Of a stretch of 63,773 nt of DNA, positions 9,665 through 18,527 are shown piece by piece. The position numbers and the translations under genes were made by a program. The notes beneath the pieces were generated by a model. That model saw only the letters and a list, made by a program, of their open reading frames with translations. It ran no database searches and was not told the origin of the DNA. The stretch is from Planctomycetota bacterium (GTDB taxonomy: Bacteria > Planctomycetota > Phycisphaerae > Phycisphaerales > SM1A02): positions 1 through 63,773 of the forward strand of contig JADFIM010000001.1 of the NCBI GenBank assembly GCA_022566725.1, given 5' to 3'. Within the stretch, counting starts at the first letter, position 1. Every line of letters begins with the position of its first letter.

Positions 9665-10497
9665 GGGCGCACCCCTATTGCGGCATTGTCGATCAGTCGC
9701 ACCCGCCGCGGCGGGCCCAGGTGGGCGGCGATGAGCCCGCGCGTCGGCCGGTCGAATGATCCCACAGGCTCAAGCGTCCTTGCATCACGGATCACGGCGT
9801 AGTCGATTGCAAGATCATGTTGTTGGAGGGTGTCGCGCATGATCCGCTGGGCGGCCTCGACGTGCCCGGCGGCGCCTGCGGATTGCAATGCACGAAACAG
9901 ACCGAGCGCCCGGCCACGCTCATCACCCTTCAGATAGGCGTTGCGGCTGCTCAGCGCCAGCCCATCGGGATCGCGCACCGTCGGATGCGGTTCGATCCGC
10001 AATCCCGGCCAGCGGTCGCCTTGTCGCTCGACCATCGACTCTACGACCAGCAGTTGCTGATAGTCCTTCTCACCGAAGACAGCGACCCTTGGTCTGACCA
10101 GATCAAACAGGCGTGCCACGACCTGGCAGACGCCGGCGAAGTGGCCGGGGCGATGCGCATCCTCCAGGCCGGGCGTTGTCGCCACCTCCGGCAGCGGCGG
10201 TACGGGTACATTCTGATTGGGCGGATAGATCGTCTCGACATCGGGCACGAAGGCCACATCAACTCCGATGGCGGCCGCGGCGTCGAGGTCGGGGTCAAGC
10301 GCTCGCGGGTAGTGCTCGTAATCCTCGCCCGGGCCGAACTGGGTGGGGTTGACGAAGATGCTGATGACCACGGGGCCGGCCAGCTCCCGCGCCCGGCGTA
10401 TCAGGGCGAGATGACCATCGTGCAAGGCCCCCAACATGGGCACGAACGCCCCGCCGGCAAACGCGGCCAGCTCAGCCGGATCGCTCACGACTCGCAT
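9658..10497 (-). CDS. panC: pantoate--beta-alanine ligase
   Basis: HxGH motif in MLGALHDGHLALIRRA; typical length of 279 aa. Confidence 0.9.
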   Translation of the reverse strand: MRVVSDPAELAAFAGGAFVPMLGALHDGHLALIRRARELAGPVVISIFVNPTQFGPGEDYEHYPRALDPDLDAAAAIGVDVAFVPDVETIYPPNQNVPVPPLPEVATTPGLEDAHRPGHFAGVCQVVARLFDLVRPRVAVFGEKDYQQLLVVESMVERQGDRWPGLRIEPHPTVRDPDGLALSSRNAYLKGDERGRALGLFRALQSAGAAGHVEAAQRIMRDTLQQHDLAIDYAVIRDARTLEPVGSFDRPTRGLIAAHLGPPRRVRLIDNAAIGVRPV

Positions 10498-10642
10498 GTG
10501 TGTAGCGTCTCGCAGTGATCGTGGGCGGTCAACTGCTCCGCAGGGGCCGATAGGCGGCCCGCCGAGGTCGGCTGATCCTCATCGCCCTTGCCTTTCTGAC
10601 CGACTATAATGAATGGCTCAACCGTAATAGGAGTTCTACCAA

Positions 10643-11071
10643 TTGGCTGTCACCGTTACCGAAAATGCAGCTCGGGAAGTTTCCACGATCATCAAGCAGC
10701 AGGACCTTGATCCGCAGAAGATCCGGCTACGCGTCGGCGTCAAAGGCGGCGGCTGCTCCGGCTTCAGCTATCTGCTGGACCTGACGGAGAATCAGCGAGA
10801 CACGGATGAGGTCTGGGAGCATACCTACGCGCTGCAGCCGGCCGGCGAAGCCGCCAAGGTGAATGCCGAAGCAGCCGAGGGCGGCGTGGCCACCGCTACG
10901 GGCGGCAACGGCGAGACCTTCACCGTCCGTGTCATCTGCGACCCCAAGAGCTACCTGTATCTCAACGGCACCGTAATCGACTTCAAGGACGAGATCATGG
11001 GTCGGGGGTTTGTCTTCAGTAACCCCAACGCCAGCAGCTCCTGCGGCTGCGGCTCCAGCTTCGCGGTGTAG
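10643..11071 (+). CDS. IscA/ErpA/HesB-family iron-sulfur cluster insertion protein with an internal insertion
   Basis: GGGCSGFSY and C-terminal SCGCGSSF cysteine motifs. TTG start with TAGGAG 10 nt upstream. Confidence 0.85.
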   Translation: MAVTVTENAAREVSTIIKQQDLDPQKIRLRVGVKGGGCSGFSYLLDLTENQRDTDEVWEHTYALQPAGEAAKVNAEAAEGGVATATGGNGETFTVRVICDPKSYLYLNGTVIDFKDEIMGRGFVFSNPNASSSCGCGSSFAV

Positions 11072-11107
11072 ACGAACCCATCCGCGCACCACCAGATGAA
11101 GATGTCC

Positions 11108-11139
11108 GAAGCCCACACGGGCTCGAGCCCGTGGGCTTC
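11108..11139 (+). terminator. 32-nt near-perfect palindrome after the Fe-S carrier gene; copy 1 of a duplicated hairpin
   Basis: GAAGCCCACACGGGCTC|GAGCCCGTGGGCTTC followed by TTT. The same sequence, minus a 2-nt AC insertion, recurs at 12708-12737. Confidence 0.6.
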
Positions 11140-11185
11140 TTTGCTCCGCTTCGCGCTGCCAGCGCCATGAGCTACACTGTGCCGC

Positions 11186-12415
11186 ATGGCGGAGGAAGAA
11201 CTTTCATCCGACGAGGCGCTCAAAGCGCTGGAGCGGTTCGTCGTGGAGAACGACGACCTGCTGGCGCTGGAGGAGCGGATCGGCCGGTTCAACATCTTCG
11301 ATGCGCTGGGTATCGCGCGCCGGGAGTTGCAGCACTCCAACTTCCTCGCCTGGCTGCTGGACCCGGCCGAATCACACGGCCAGGGAGCATTGTTCCTCAA
11401 GGCGATCCTGATGGACCTGCTCGCTCAGACGCCGCCGGAGCTGCGGCCCCTCAGTCCCGTTGAGCTGGACGGCGTGGAGCTGCGTGGCGTGGATATCCGC
11501 CGCGAATGGCGAAAGATCGACATCCTCATCACCTGTGAGGACCCGAAGTTCGTTATCGCCATCGAGAACAAGATCGCCAGCGGCGAGCATCGCAAGCAAC
11601 TTTCGCGTTACGAAAAGGTTGTCAACGAAGGTTTCGGGAACCTACCGAGGCAGTTCGTCTATCTGACCATCGATGGCGATGAGCCCTCTGAAGAGAAATG
11701 GGTTCCGTACACCTATGGCGATATCCACCGCGTATTGACGCGGGTACGCAAGACACACGCAACCGCGATTGGGCAGGACGTGCTCGCGTTCCTCGATCAT
11801 TACCTGCGCTTGATTCGGAGCCAATTTATGGATGATCCACAGATCGATGAACTGTGTCAGCGCGTGTACAAGAACCACCGCCAAGCACTCCAGCTAATCT
11901 ATGAGCGCGTCGGATCGCCCATGGCGGGATTGGTCGCCGACATCGCGGAGACGATTGGAAAGGACGAGCGGTGGCATCTGGTAAACCGCACGTCCAAGAC
12001 GGTCGTTTTCATTCCAAAGGCGTGGTTGGACGTGTTCCCTCCAATCGGGGCGAGACCGACATTCGACAATCGCGCGTGGGTGGTGCTGAGGCTCGATTGC
12101 GGCAGAAAGGGATGTTATTTTGGCGTGAGCGTGTGGCCTACGACCAATCGGGAGCTTCGTCGCGCCGTCATCAAAGAGTTGATTTCCGATTCCGACAAGT
12201 TCGGATGCCGGGTTCACGGCAAACTCACGGATCAGTGGACCCGCCTGCATAAGTCTGTCGTCGCTCGATGGAACGAAGGCGATGAGCCGGACTTTGAAAG
12301 GGTCATCGCAAAGGTTCAGAAGCGGCTGGACGAGGCGGAACGCCGTCTGGGCGGTGTGCCGGAGGCGCTGCGGCCGATCTTTGCGGAGCAGGCGACGCCG
12401 GCCGGGAGTCCGTGA
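11186..12415 (+). CDS. PD-(D/E)XK nuclease family protein (PDDEXK_4-like)
   Basis: N-terminal ELQHSNFLAWLLDP signature and the D...E-x-K core in KIDILITCEDPKFVIAIENKIASGEH...QLSRY. The second half looks lower in GC than neighbours by eye. Confidence 0.7.
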   Translation: MAEEELSSDEALKALERFVVENDDLLALEERIGRFNIFDALGIARRELQHSNFLAWLLDPAESHGQGALFLKAILMDLLAQTPPELRPLSPVELDGVELRGVDIRREWRKIDILITCEDPKFVIAIENKIASGEHRKQLSRYEKVVNEGFGNLPRQFVYLTIDGDEPSEEKWVPYTYGDIHRVLTRVRKTHATAIGQDVLAFLDHYLRLIRSQFMDDPQIDELCQRVYKNHRQALQLIYERVGSPMAGLVADIAETIGKDERWHLVNRTSKTVVFIPKAWLDVFPPIGARPTFDNRAWVVLRLDCGRKGCYFGVSVWPTTNRELRRAVIKELISDSDKFGCRVHGKLTDQWTRLHKSVVARWNEGDEPDFERVIAKVQKRLDEAERRLGGVPEALRPIFAEQATPAGSP

Positions 12416-12470
12416 CGCTGGGCGGTATGGAAGGGCTATACTGCACCGGAGTACCAGCGGAGAGTCACGC

Positions 12471-12674
12471 ATGAAAATCAAGGAGGGCGTTCACGAGGCC
12501 GAGGAGGGCGGGTACTGGGCCCAGGTGCCGGCCATTCCCGGCTGCGCCACGCAAGGCGAGACGTTCCAAGAGCTGCTTCAGAATATCTACGAGGCGGTTG
12601 AGGGATGCCTATCGGTGGACGTCGAGCCGACACAGGCCGACGGCGATGGCCAGGTCCTGGAAATCGCGGTGTGA
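12471..12674 (+). CDS. hicB: HicB-family antitoxin-like protein (UPF0150), with no hicA partner visible
   Basis: MKIKEGVHEAEEGGYWAQVPAIPGCATQGETFQELLQNIYEAVEGCL matches the HicB N-terminal fold signature (..PG C.tqG.T.eEa..n..EAi). ATG 12471 is preceded by GGAGAG; the track ORF starts upstream at 12282. Confidence 0.75.
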   Translation: MKIKEGVHEAEEGGYWAQVPAIPGCATQGETFQELLQNIYEAVEGCLSVDVEPTQADGDGQVLEIAV

Positions 12675-12707
12675 GAGCGGCCGCGCGGCGACGCAGGAGC
12701 CACAATC

Positions 12708-12737
12708 GAAGCCCACGGGCTCGAGCCCGTGGGCTTC
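12708..12737 (+). terminator. perfect 30-nt palindrome; copy 2 of the duplicated hairpin
   Basis: GAAGCCCACGGGCTC|GAGCCCGTGGGCTTC, located 34 nt after the hicB stop. Confidence 0.6.
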
Positions 12738-12810
12738 TCGTTGATCTCACGTTGCACCGGGTGAGGGATAGACGCAGGTATGATGCCGGCGCATCGAGTG
12801 GCGCAAAGGT

Positions 12811-13473
12811 GTGCCGATGTTCAAAGATCGCCAAGAAGCCGGGCGGCAGCTTGCCCAGCGGCTGCTGCATGTGAAGGACGAACACGCCGACAGCGTGGTG
12901 GTGCTCGGGTTGCCGCGCGGCGGGGTGGTCGTGGCCGCAGAGATCGCCAGGCTGCTCGATGCACCGCTCGATGTGCTGATCGTCCGCAAGCTCGGAGCGC
13001 CCGGTCAACCGGAGCTGGCTATCGGGGCGGTGACCGACGGCGAGCAGCCGCAGCGCGTCCTCAACCACCAGGTGATTCATATGCTGGGCGTGAGCGAAGC
13101 CTACCTCCAAGAGGAGATCGCCCGGCAACTGGTCGAGGTACGCCGGCGACAGGAGCTTTATCGAGGGGGCCGGCCGGCTGTGCGGCTCGGGGGGCGAACG
13201 GTGATCGTGGCCGACGACGGCATCGCCACCGGGGCGACCGTCCGGGCGGGTGTTGGAGCGCTTCGTCGAAGTGCCCTGGATCGAATCGTCTTAGCGGTCC
13301 CCGTCGCTCCGCCCGAGGTCGCTGAATCACTTCGAGCGGAAGTCGACCAGCTGGTCTGCCTCCACACTCCCTCGGCGTTCGGCGCCGTCGGCGCATTCTA
13401 CGCCGACTTCAGCCAGACCAGCGACGAGCAGGTCATCGCGCTGCTGGAGCAGGCAGTGATGAGTGATGAGTGA
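12811..13473 (+). CDS. phosphoribosyltransferase-family protein
   Basis: PRPP-binding loop VIVADDGIATGATVRA and the early VVLGLPRGGVVVA motif. Confidence 0.8.
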   Translation: MPMFKDRQEAGRQLAQRLLHVKDEHADSVVVLGLPRGGVVVAAEIARLLDAPLDVLIVRKLGAPGQPELAIGAVTDGEQPQRVLNHQVIHMLGVSEAYLQEEIARQLVEVRRRQELYRGGRPAVRLGGRTVIVADDGIATGATVRAGVGALRRSALDRIVLAVPVAPPEVAESLRAEVDQLVCLHTPSAFGAVGAFYADFSQTSDEQVIALLEQAVMSDE

Positions 13474-13508
13474 TCGCAACAGCCGCGTGCCGGGAGGCCG
13501 CGGGGAAG

Positions 13509-13590
13509 CGTGATCGAAGCGCACACCCCTCGCCGTTGCGGGCGAGGCTATTGCTTGCAAGTCTCAAGTCTCCGGTCTCAAGCTTCAAGC
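13509..13590. repeat. composite intergenic repeat (hairpin CCTCGCC-N5-GGGCGAGG followed by CTCAAG(T/C)C octamer repeats), copy A
   Basis: Aligns by eye with 18818-18893 and partly with 18262-18308. The octamer tract is the reverse complement of GGCTTGAG repeats, and the fabF stop lies inside it. Confidence 0.65.
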
Positions 13591-14916
13591 CTCATACCTT
13601 CTCACAATCAGCGTGTCGTTTTGACCGCCGAAGCCGAACGAGTCAGAAAGGCACACGTCCACCTTCGCCCGGCGGGCCTTGTTGGGCACGTAATCAAGGT
13701 CAAGTTCGGGGTCGGGTTCGCGGAGGTTGATCGTCGGGGGAAGCATTTGATGCTGAATCGCCAGGACGCAGGCGATCAGCTCGACGGCCCCGGCGGCGGC
13801 GATCAGGTGCCCCATCATCGACTTGGTCGAGCTGATGGGGATCTTCGGCGCGTTGTCGCCGAAGACGCGCTTGATCGCCAACGTCTCGACGGCATCGTTC
13901 TCCTGCGTGCCGGTGCCATGAGCGGAGATGTAATGGATCGGGGGCCGGCCGTCGTCGTCGGTGGCCCGCGGGTCAATGCCCGCCTGGTTCAGGGCCTCGA
14001 TGACGGCAGCGGCTGGTCCACGGCCGTCGGGATGCATATCGGTGATGCGAAAGGCATCAGCGGTGGAGCCGTACCCGATGATCTCGGCAATCGGCGTGGC
14101 GTCGCGGGCCAGCGCATGGTCAAGCGTTTCCAGGATCACGATCCCCGACCCCTCACCCATGACGAAGCCGCTGCGCCTGCGGTCGAAGGGCCGCGAGACA
14201 CGCGTGATGTCATCAGTGCCCTTTGACAGTGCGGTGAGGCGGATGAAACCGGTCACCCCCAGCACGTGGATCATGGTGTGGGTGCCGCCGGAGACCATGA
14301 CATCGGCGTCGCCGCGCCGCAGAATATCGCACGCCTCGCCGATGGCCTGGGTGCTGGCGGCACAGGCCGTAAGGCAGTTGTATGCCGGGCCACGGATGCC
14401 GAACTCCCGCGCGAGATGACTCACCGGCATGTTCGGCTCCTGGCCGATCTCACGCCAGGGGTCCATGAGCTCGCCGGCCGCCTGAGCCCATCGGGGCGTG
14501 TCGATGGCGTCTTGCTCGGGGTCCCATGACGCTATGTCAACACGCGCATAGGCGTCGAAATCCAACACCCCTTCGCCCGCCCCCAGATAGATGCCCACCC
14601 GACGACCGTCGAGCCCGGGCGCCGCTCCCAAACAAGCCTGGTCCCACGCTTGGCGGGCCGCGCCAAGCGCAAACTGCGTGTTCACCGCTGCATGTTTGTG
14701 CAAAGCCGGATCGCGTAGGTATTCTCGAAAGTCGTAGTCGCGCACCTGAGCGGCAAAGGATGTCGGGAACGTAGCAGCATCGAAGCGCTCGATCTGCGTT
14801 ACGCCCGATTGACCGTTGATCAGATTCGACCACACGCTTTGCAGATCATGCCCCAGCGGCGTGATCCATCCCATGCCGGTGATGACGACGCGCGGTGGAC
14901 TCGTTTGTGTACTCAT
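13585..14916 (-). CDS. fabF: beta-ketoacyl-ACP synthase II
   Basis: Active-site Cys in NCLTACAASTQAIGEA; His motifs AHGTGTQEND and KSMMGHLIAAAG. Start set at MSTQTSPPRVVITGMG (ATG 14916). Confidence 0.9.
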   Translation of the reverse strand: MSTQTSPPRVVITGMGWITPLGHDLQSVWSNLINGQSGVTQIERFDAATFPTSFAAQVRDYDFREYLRDPALHKHAAVNTQFALGAARQAWDQACLGAAPGLDGRRVGIYLGAGEGVLDFDAYARVDIASWDPEQDAIDTPRWAQAAGELMDPWREIGQEPNMPVSHLAREFGIRGPAYNCLTACAASTQAIGEACDILRRGDADVMVSGGTHTMIHVLGVTGFIRLTALSKGTDDITRVSRPFDRRRSGFVMGEGSGIVILETLDHALARDATPIAEIIGYGSTADAFRITDMHPDGRGPAAAVIEALNQAGIDPRATDDDGRPPIHYISAHGTGTQENDAVETLAIKRVFGDNAPKIPISSTKSMMGHLIAAAGAVELIACVLAIQHQMLPPTINLREPDPELDLDYVPNKARRAKVDVCLSDSFGFGGQNDTLIVRRYEA

Positions 14917-14985
14917 CGCGAAGATTGATTCAGCTGGAGAAGCGCCGGGGCAAGCCCGGCGGCGAAACAGATCATTCGTCACCGA

Positions 14986-16320
14986 TCACTCATCGCTCAT
15001 CACTCGCCCCAACACAAATGCCACGTTCTGTCCGCCCTGACTTGTGCTGAACACGAGGATGTGGCTCAGGGCGGCATTGCGCGAGGAGCACGCGCCGGCA
15101 TCGAGGCCGTCAGCGACCTCACAATTGATCCTGGCCGGGAGCATCTGGGCTTTCAGAGCCATCGCGGCGACCGCAACCGCAACCGTTCCCGCTCCGGCGT
15201 TACAGTTGCCGGCGTTGGGCACGGTGGTGATCAGCGGGATGGACGCAGCGCGGGGACCAAAGACGCGCTTGATCGCCGCCGACTCCGCCTGGTCAACGCA
15301 TGGAATGCTCGAACCGAGCGGAACGATTGCATCGATGTCCGTTGCATTCGTCTCGGCCTGCTGAAGCGCGATCTCGATCGCATCGGCAACACCACGACCG
15401 TCTGATTCGATCTCCAAGCCGATCGTGTCGGGGCAATGCGATTGCGTCGAAGCGAAACTCAGCAGCTCGGCATAGGGCGTTGCGCGGCGATTCTCGGCGA
15501 CCTCCAACGCTTCGACGATGACGATCCCGCCGCCTTCGCCGATGATCGTTCCGCGGGCGGCGACATCGAACGGCCGCACCACTTCTTGGGGGCTCTCACC
15601 GTTGCCGGTGGTGGCCAACCGTCCCGCAAACTGCTGGCGAAGGAACGCCATCGGATTCACCTTGGATTCGACACCACCCGAGAGGCAGGCGTCGGCCGCG
15701 CCGCGCTGGATCACTCGCATCGACTCGCCGATCGACAGCCCGCTGCTCGCCTCACAACAGGTGATCGTGTTGCTGGGGCCCTGGCAATCATGAATGATCG
15801 TCACGTGACAGGCCAGCATGTTCGGCAGATATTTCAGCAGCCACAGCGGCGTGAGGTTCTCCATGCCGCTACTCCCCCAATGGCGTAAATCCAATTCGCC
15901 TGAGTCGGTCCGGCTGGTCCACAGCGCCGCAGCGAGCTCATTCACATCGGCCGCGACGAGCCCCGCCCCGATGTGACAACCCAAGCGCGGCGAAGCAATC
16001 GTCGGCTCGGCGTCGGGATCAACCGCTTTGGTCACCAAGCCGGCATCTTCGACCGCTGCTGCGGCCCCGCCGACCGCCAGCTCGGTGTCGCGGCACATCA
16101 CCTTCGTCGCCTTGCGATAGCTTCTGGGAACGACCTTGCGAACGTCGAACAACTCGGCGCTGAGCTGGGCAGCGATCTTGCACACGAATCCGCAGGGGTC
16201 GAAGCGATCGATGCGCGCAATCGCCGAGCGGCCCTCAACCATCGCCCGCCACAGCGGTTCGATGCCGACGCCGAACGCTGTGATCGGGCCCAGGCCGGTG
16301 ATGACGACACGCCGTGACAT
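14986..16320 (-). CDS. ketosynthase-like protein lacking both catalytic His motifs (KS partner/CLF-like)
   Basis: Thiolase-fold N-terminus MSRRVVITGLGPITAFG and Cys region TITCCEASSGLSIG. The HGTGT position reads FASTQS and the GH position reads NAGNCNAGAG. Confidence 0.7.
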   Translation of the reverse strand: MSRRVVITGLGPITAFGVGIEPLWRAMVEGRSAIARIDRFDPCGFVCKIAAQLSAELFDVRKVVPRSYRKATKVMCRDTELAVGGAAAAVEDAGLVTKAVDPDAEPTIASPRLGCHIGAGLVAADVNELAAALWTSRTDSGELDLRHWGSSGMENLTPLWLLKYLPNMLACHVTIIHDCQGPSNTITCCEASSGLSIGESMRVIQRGAADACLSGGVESKVNPMAFLRQQFAGRLATTGNGESPQEVVRPFDVAARGTIIGEGGGIVIVEALEVAENRRATPYAELLSFASTQSHCPDTIGLEIESDGRGVADAIEIALQQAETNATDIDAIVPLGSSIPCVDQAESAAIKRVFGPRAASIPLITTVPNAGNCNAGAGTVAVAVAAMALKAQMLPARINCEVADGLDAGACSSRNAALSHILVFSTSQGGQNVAFVLGRVMSDE

Positions 16321-16457
16321 CGGCCGATAGTGTAGCCAAAGTAGAAGCCCGCTGAAGGCTTGACGCTTGGAGGCATTTGTCTCGGCGTGAACGCACGCGA
16401 GGCGATATGAGCCATCCTGACCTCGATAGAGTTACCCGGCCCGGACAGGCTCCTCAT

Positions 16458-17498
16458 ATGGACCCGCTGACTCAAACCCTTCTCGGTGCTGTCGCAGCCC
16501 AGGCGGTGCTGGGCCGAAAGCTCGGCCGAACGGCGGCGCTGCTTGGAGCGGTCGGCGGGGAGCTGCCCGATATCGACGTGTTCTTCCCGTGGGCTGATGC
16601 AGCGTTGCCGATTGAGTTTCACCGCCACTTCACCCACAGCTTGGCGTTTGTGCCCGTTGGAGGCGTGATTGCGGCGCTGCCGTTTCTTCTCGTCGGCAGA
16701 TGGCGGCACAATTGGAAGCTTCTCATCGCCGCGGCGACGATCGGCTGCGCTACCCACGGCCTGCTGGATACGTGCACCAGCTACGGCACCTATCTGCTCT
16801 GGCCGTTCGTCAACGAGCGCCTGGCCTGGGACCTCATCAGCATTATTGATCCGTTGTTCACGGTGGTGTTGGTGACCGGCCTGGTGTGGTCACTTATCGC
16901 AAAGTCTGCCCGGCCGGCTCGCGTTGCGCTGCTGATGTGTCTTCTCTACCTCGGCGTGGGACTCGTGCAACACGCCCGGGCGGCAGCCGTGCAGGAGCAA
17001 CTCGCCTCGCAGCGCGGGCACGAGATCACTCGCGGGAGAGTCATGCCGACCCTGGGGAATCTGCTCCTGTGGCGGTCGGTGTACGAAGCCGAGGGGATGC
17101 TTTATGCCGACGCCGTGCGCGCGCCGCTGTTCCAATCGACGATGGTGCGTCAGGGATCGTCCCTGTCCCTGGCCCGCTTCGCGGATCTCCCGCAAGAGGT
17201 GAGAGAATCCCAACGCATCCAGCGAGTGTTTGGCGGCTTCGTGAAGTTTGCCGACGGCTACGTGGCGCATCTGCCGGACGATCCGCGTGTGATCGCCGAC
17301 ATGCGCTATTCGCTTAGCCCCGCGGGATTCGAGCCCCTATGGGGAATCGAGATCGAATCGGCCGAACCCAATCCAACCGTGCGATGGATCTACCTTGGCG
17401 CCGACCGCAACAGCGCGTTGCGCGACCTCTGGCAGGATCTCCTTGACGGCAGCGACTATCGGCTGGTGCCTACCGGGGAATCCGGTTCAACTCGATGA
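16458..17498 (+). CDS. membrane-bound metal-dependent hydrolase (YdjM/DUF457-like)
   Basis: Starts MDPLTQTLLGAVAA, has an HRHFTHSL motif and multiple TM segments. Start moved to ATG 16458. Confidence 0.65.
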   Translation: MDPLTQTLLGAVAAQAVLGRKLGRTAALLGAVGGELPDIDVFFPWADAALPIEFHRHFTHSLAFVPVGGVIAALPFLLVGRWRHNWKLLIAAATIGCATHGLLDTCTSYGTYLLWPFVNERLAWDLISIIDPLFTVVLVTGLVWSLIAKSARPARVALLMCLLYLGVGLVQHARAAAVQEQLASQRGHEITRGRVMPTLGNLLLWRSVYEAEGMLYADAVRAPLFQSTMVRQGSSLSLARFADLPQEVRESQRIQRVFGGFVKFADGYVAHLPDDPRVIADMRYSLSPAGFEPLWGIEIESAEPNPTVRWIYLGADRNSALRDLWQDLLDGSDYRLVPTGESGSTR

Positions 17499-18229
17499 CG
17501 AAAGGCCTTCACCACCGTGCCACATTCCGGGCAGCGCTCATGATCGGCGCCGCGCAGGTCGTAGCCGCAGGCCGCACACAGCCTGCGCTTGCGCCGGATG
17601 AATCGCCGTAGGGCCAAGGAGCCAGGGAACAGCAGCCAGAGAATCGCGGCGTAGAAGAGCGTGTTGATTGCGAAGCCCGGCCACATAGGGCGCCATGGGA
17701 GAAGACGGTATTCGCGGCTGCCCGAGGCTGTACGAGCGATCGAGATTGTCTGGTGAAAGATCGTCGTATTGTGCGTGGGTGTTCTTCGCATGGCATCGGA
17801 TACGGCGAGCGCACTGGTGAATGGCTGGCCGATGTCCCATCGCCTGCCTTCGAACGCCGCTATCGGCCAGCCCGATTGGACGATGATCACGTGGTCCCAG
17901 ATTGTGCTGGAACCAGAACTAGTGATTCGCATGCCCCAGACTTCGCCGTCCTTGCCGACCTTCGTTACCGCGATATCGCTATTGCTTCGGCCACCGCTGA
18001 TCTGCACAACGACCACACCCGGAGAGGCGGAGCGGGAAACCATCAGCGGCGTCGAGTCCACGTTTGCAGGTGGATTGGCGTTCCATGCCGCGATCTCCTT
18101 GCGCTTCGGCACGAACATCGGATGTCCGCCGTCAATGGGCATGAACCCGGCGAGCACCCAGGCCACGGCGATGGTGGTGATGGCGCCGAGCAGCAGGCAG
18201 ATCGCGATGTGGGCGAGCCAGCGTTTCAT
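17456..18229 (-). CDS. hypothetical membrane protein with C-terminal CxxCGYDLRG...CPECG zinc-ribbon
   Basis: N-terminal and C-proximal TM helices, then RRKRRLCAACGYDLRGADHERCPECG. Its 3' end overlaps the convergent gene by 43 nt. Confidence 0.6.
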   Translation of the reverse strand: MKRWLAHIAICLLLGAITTIAVAWVLAGFMPIDGGHPMFVPKRKEIAAWNANPPANVDSTPLMVSRSASPGVVVVQISGGRSNSDIAVTKVGKDGEVWGMRITSSGSSTIWDHVIIVQSGWPIAAFEGRRWDIGQPFTSALAVSDAMRRTPTHNTTIFHQTISIARTASGSREYRLLPWRPMWPGFAINTLFYAAILWLLFPGSLALRRFIRRKRRLCAACGYDLRGADHERCPECGTVVKAFRHRVEPDSPVGTSR

Positions 18230-18261
18230 GTATGAAACAATAGCCGCGGGCGGAGGCCGGC

Positions 18262-18308
18262 GGAGCGCTCGACGATGACCTCGCCCTTCCGGGCGAAGCT
18301 ACCGTGTC
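18262..18308. repeat. direct repeat copy C (left flank of the hicBA cassette)
   Basis: GGAGCGCTCGACGATGACCTCGCCCTTCCGGGCGAAGCTACCGTGTC differs from 18818-18862 by 1 substitution and a 2-nt indel. Confidence 0.8.
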
Positions 18309-18527
18309 AACTCAGGTCGTGGAACTCGTCAACGGTCATACCGGCAGCGCGGATCAGCGCTCGGAGGGTGCCCGGGGCGAGCTGTTTGTGCTGAGGAACT
18401 GAGAGGCTGGCGAGGGACCGGGTTGGATCAGCACGACTTGCCTTCCCCGCTGCCGATCGACGCGCCAGCCTGCTTTCACGAATGCCTTGACCGCATCAGC
18501 CCCCGACACCATCGGGAGCCGATCCAT
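18307..18527 (-). pseudogene. hicA: hicA toxin, frameshifted (or carrying a sequencing error)
   Basis: ATG at 18527 shares one nt with the hicB stop (TGATG). Frame A gives MDRLPMVSGADAVKAFVKAGWRVDRQRGRQVVLIQPG and stops at 18354. The conserved C-terminus SLASLSVPQHKQLAPGTLRALIRAAGMTVDEFHDLS* lies in another frame and ends at 18307. The switch is near 18413-18420. Both pieces are under 60 aa, so they are absent from the track. Confidence 0.7.
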
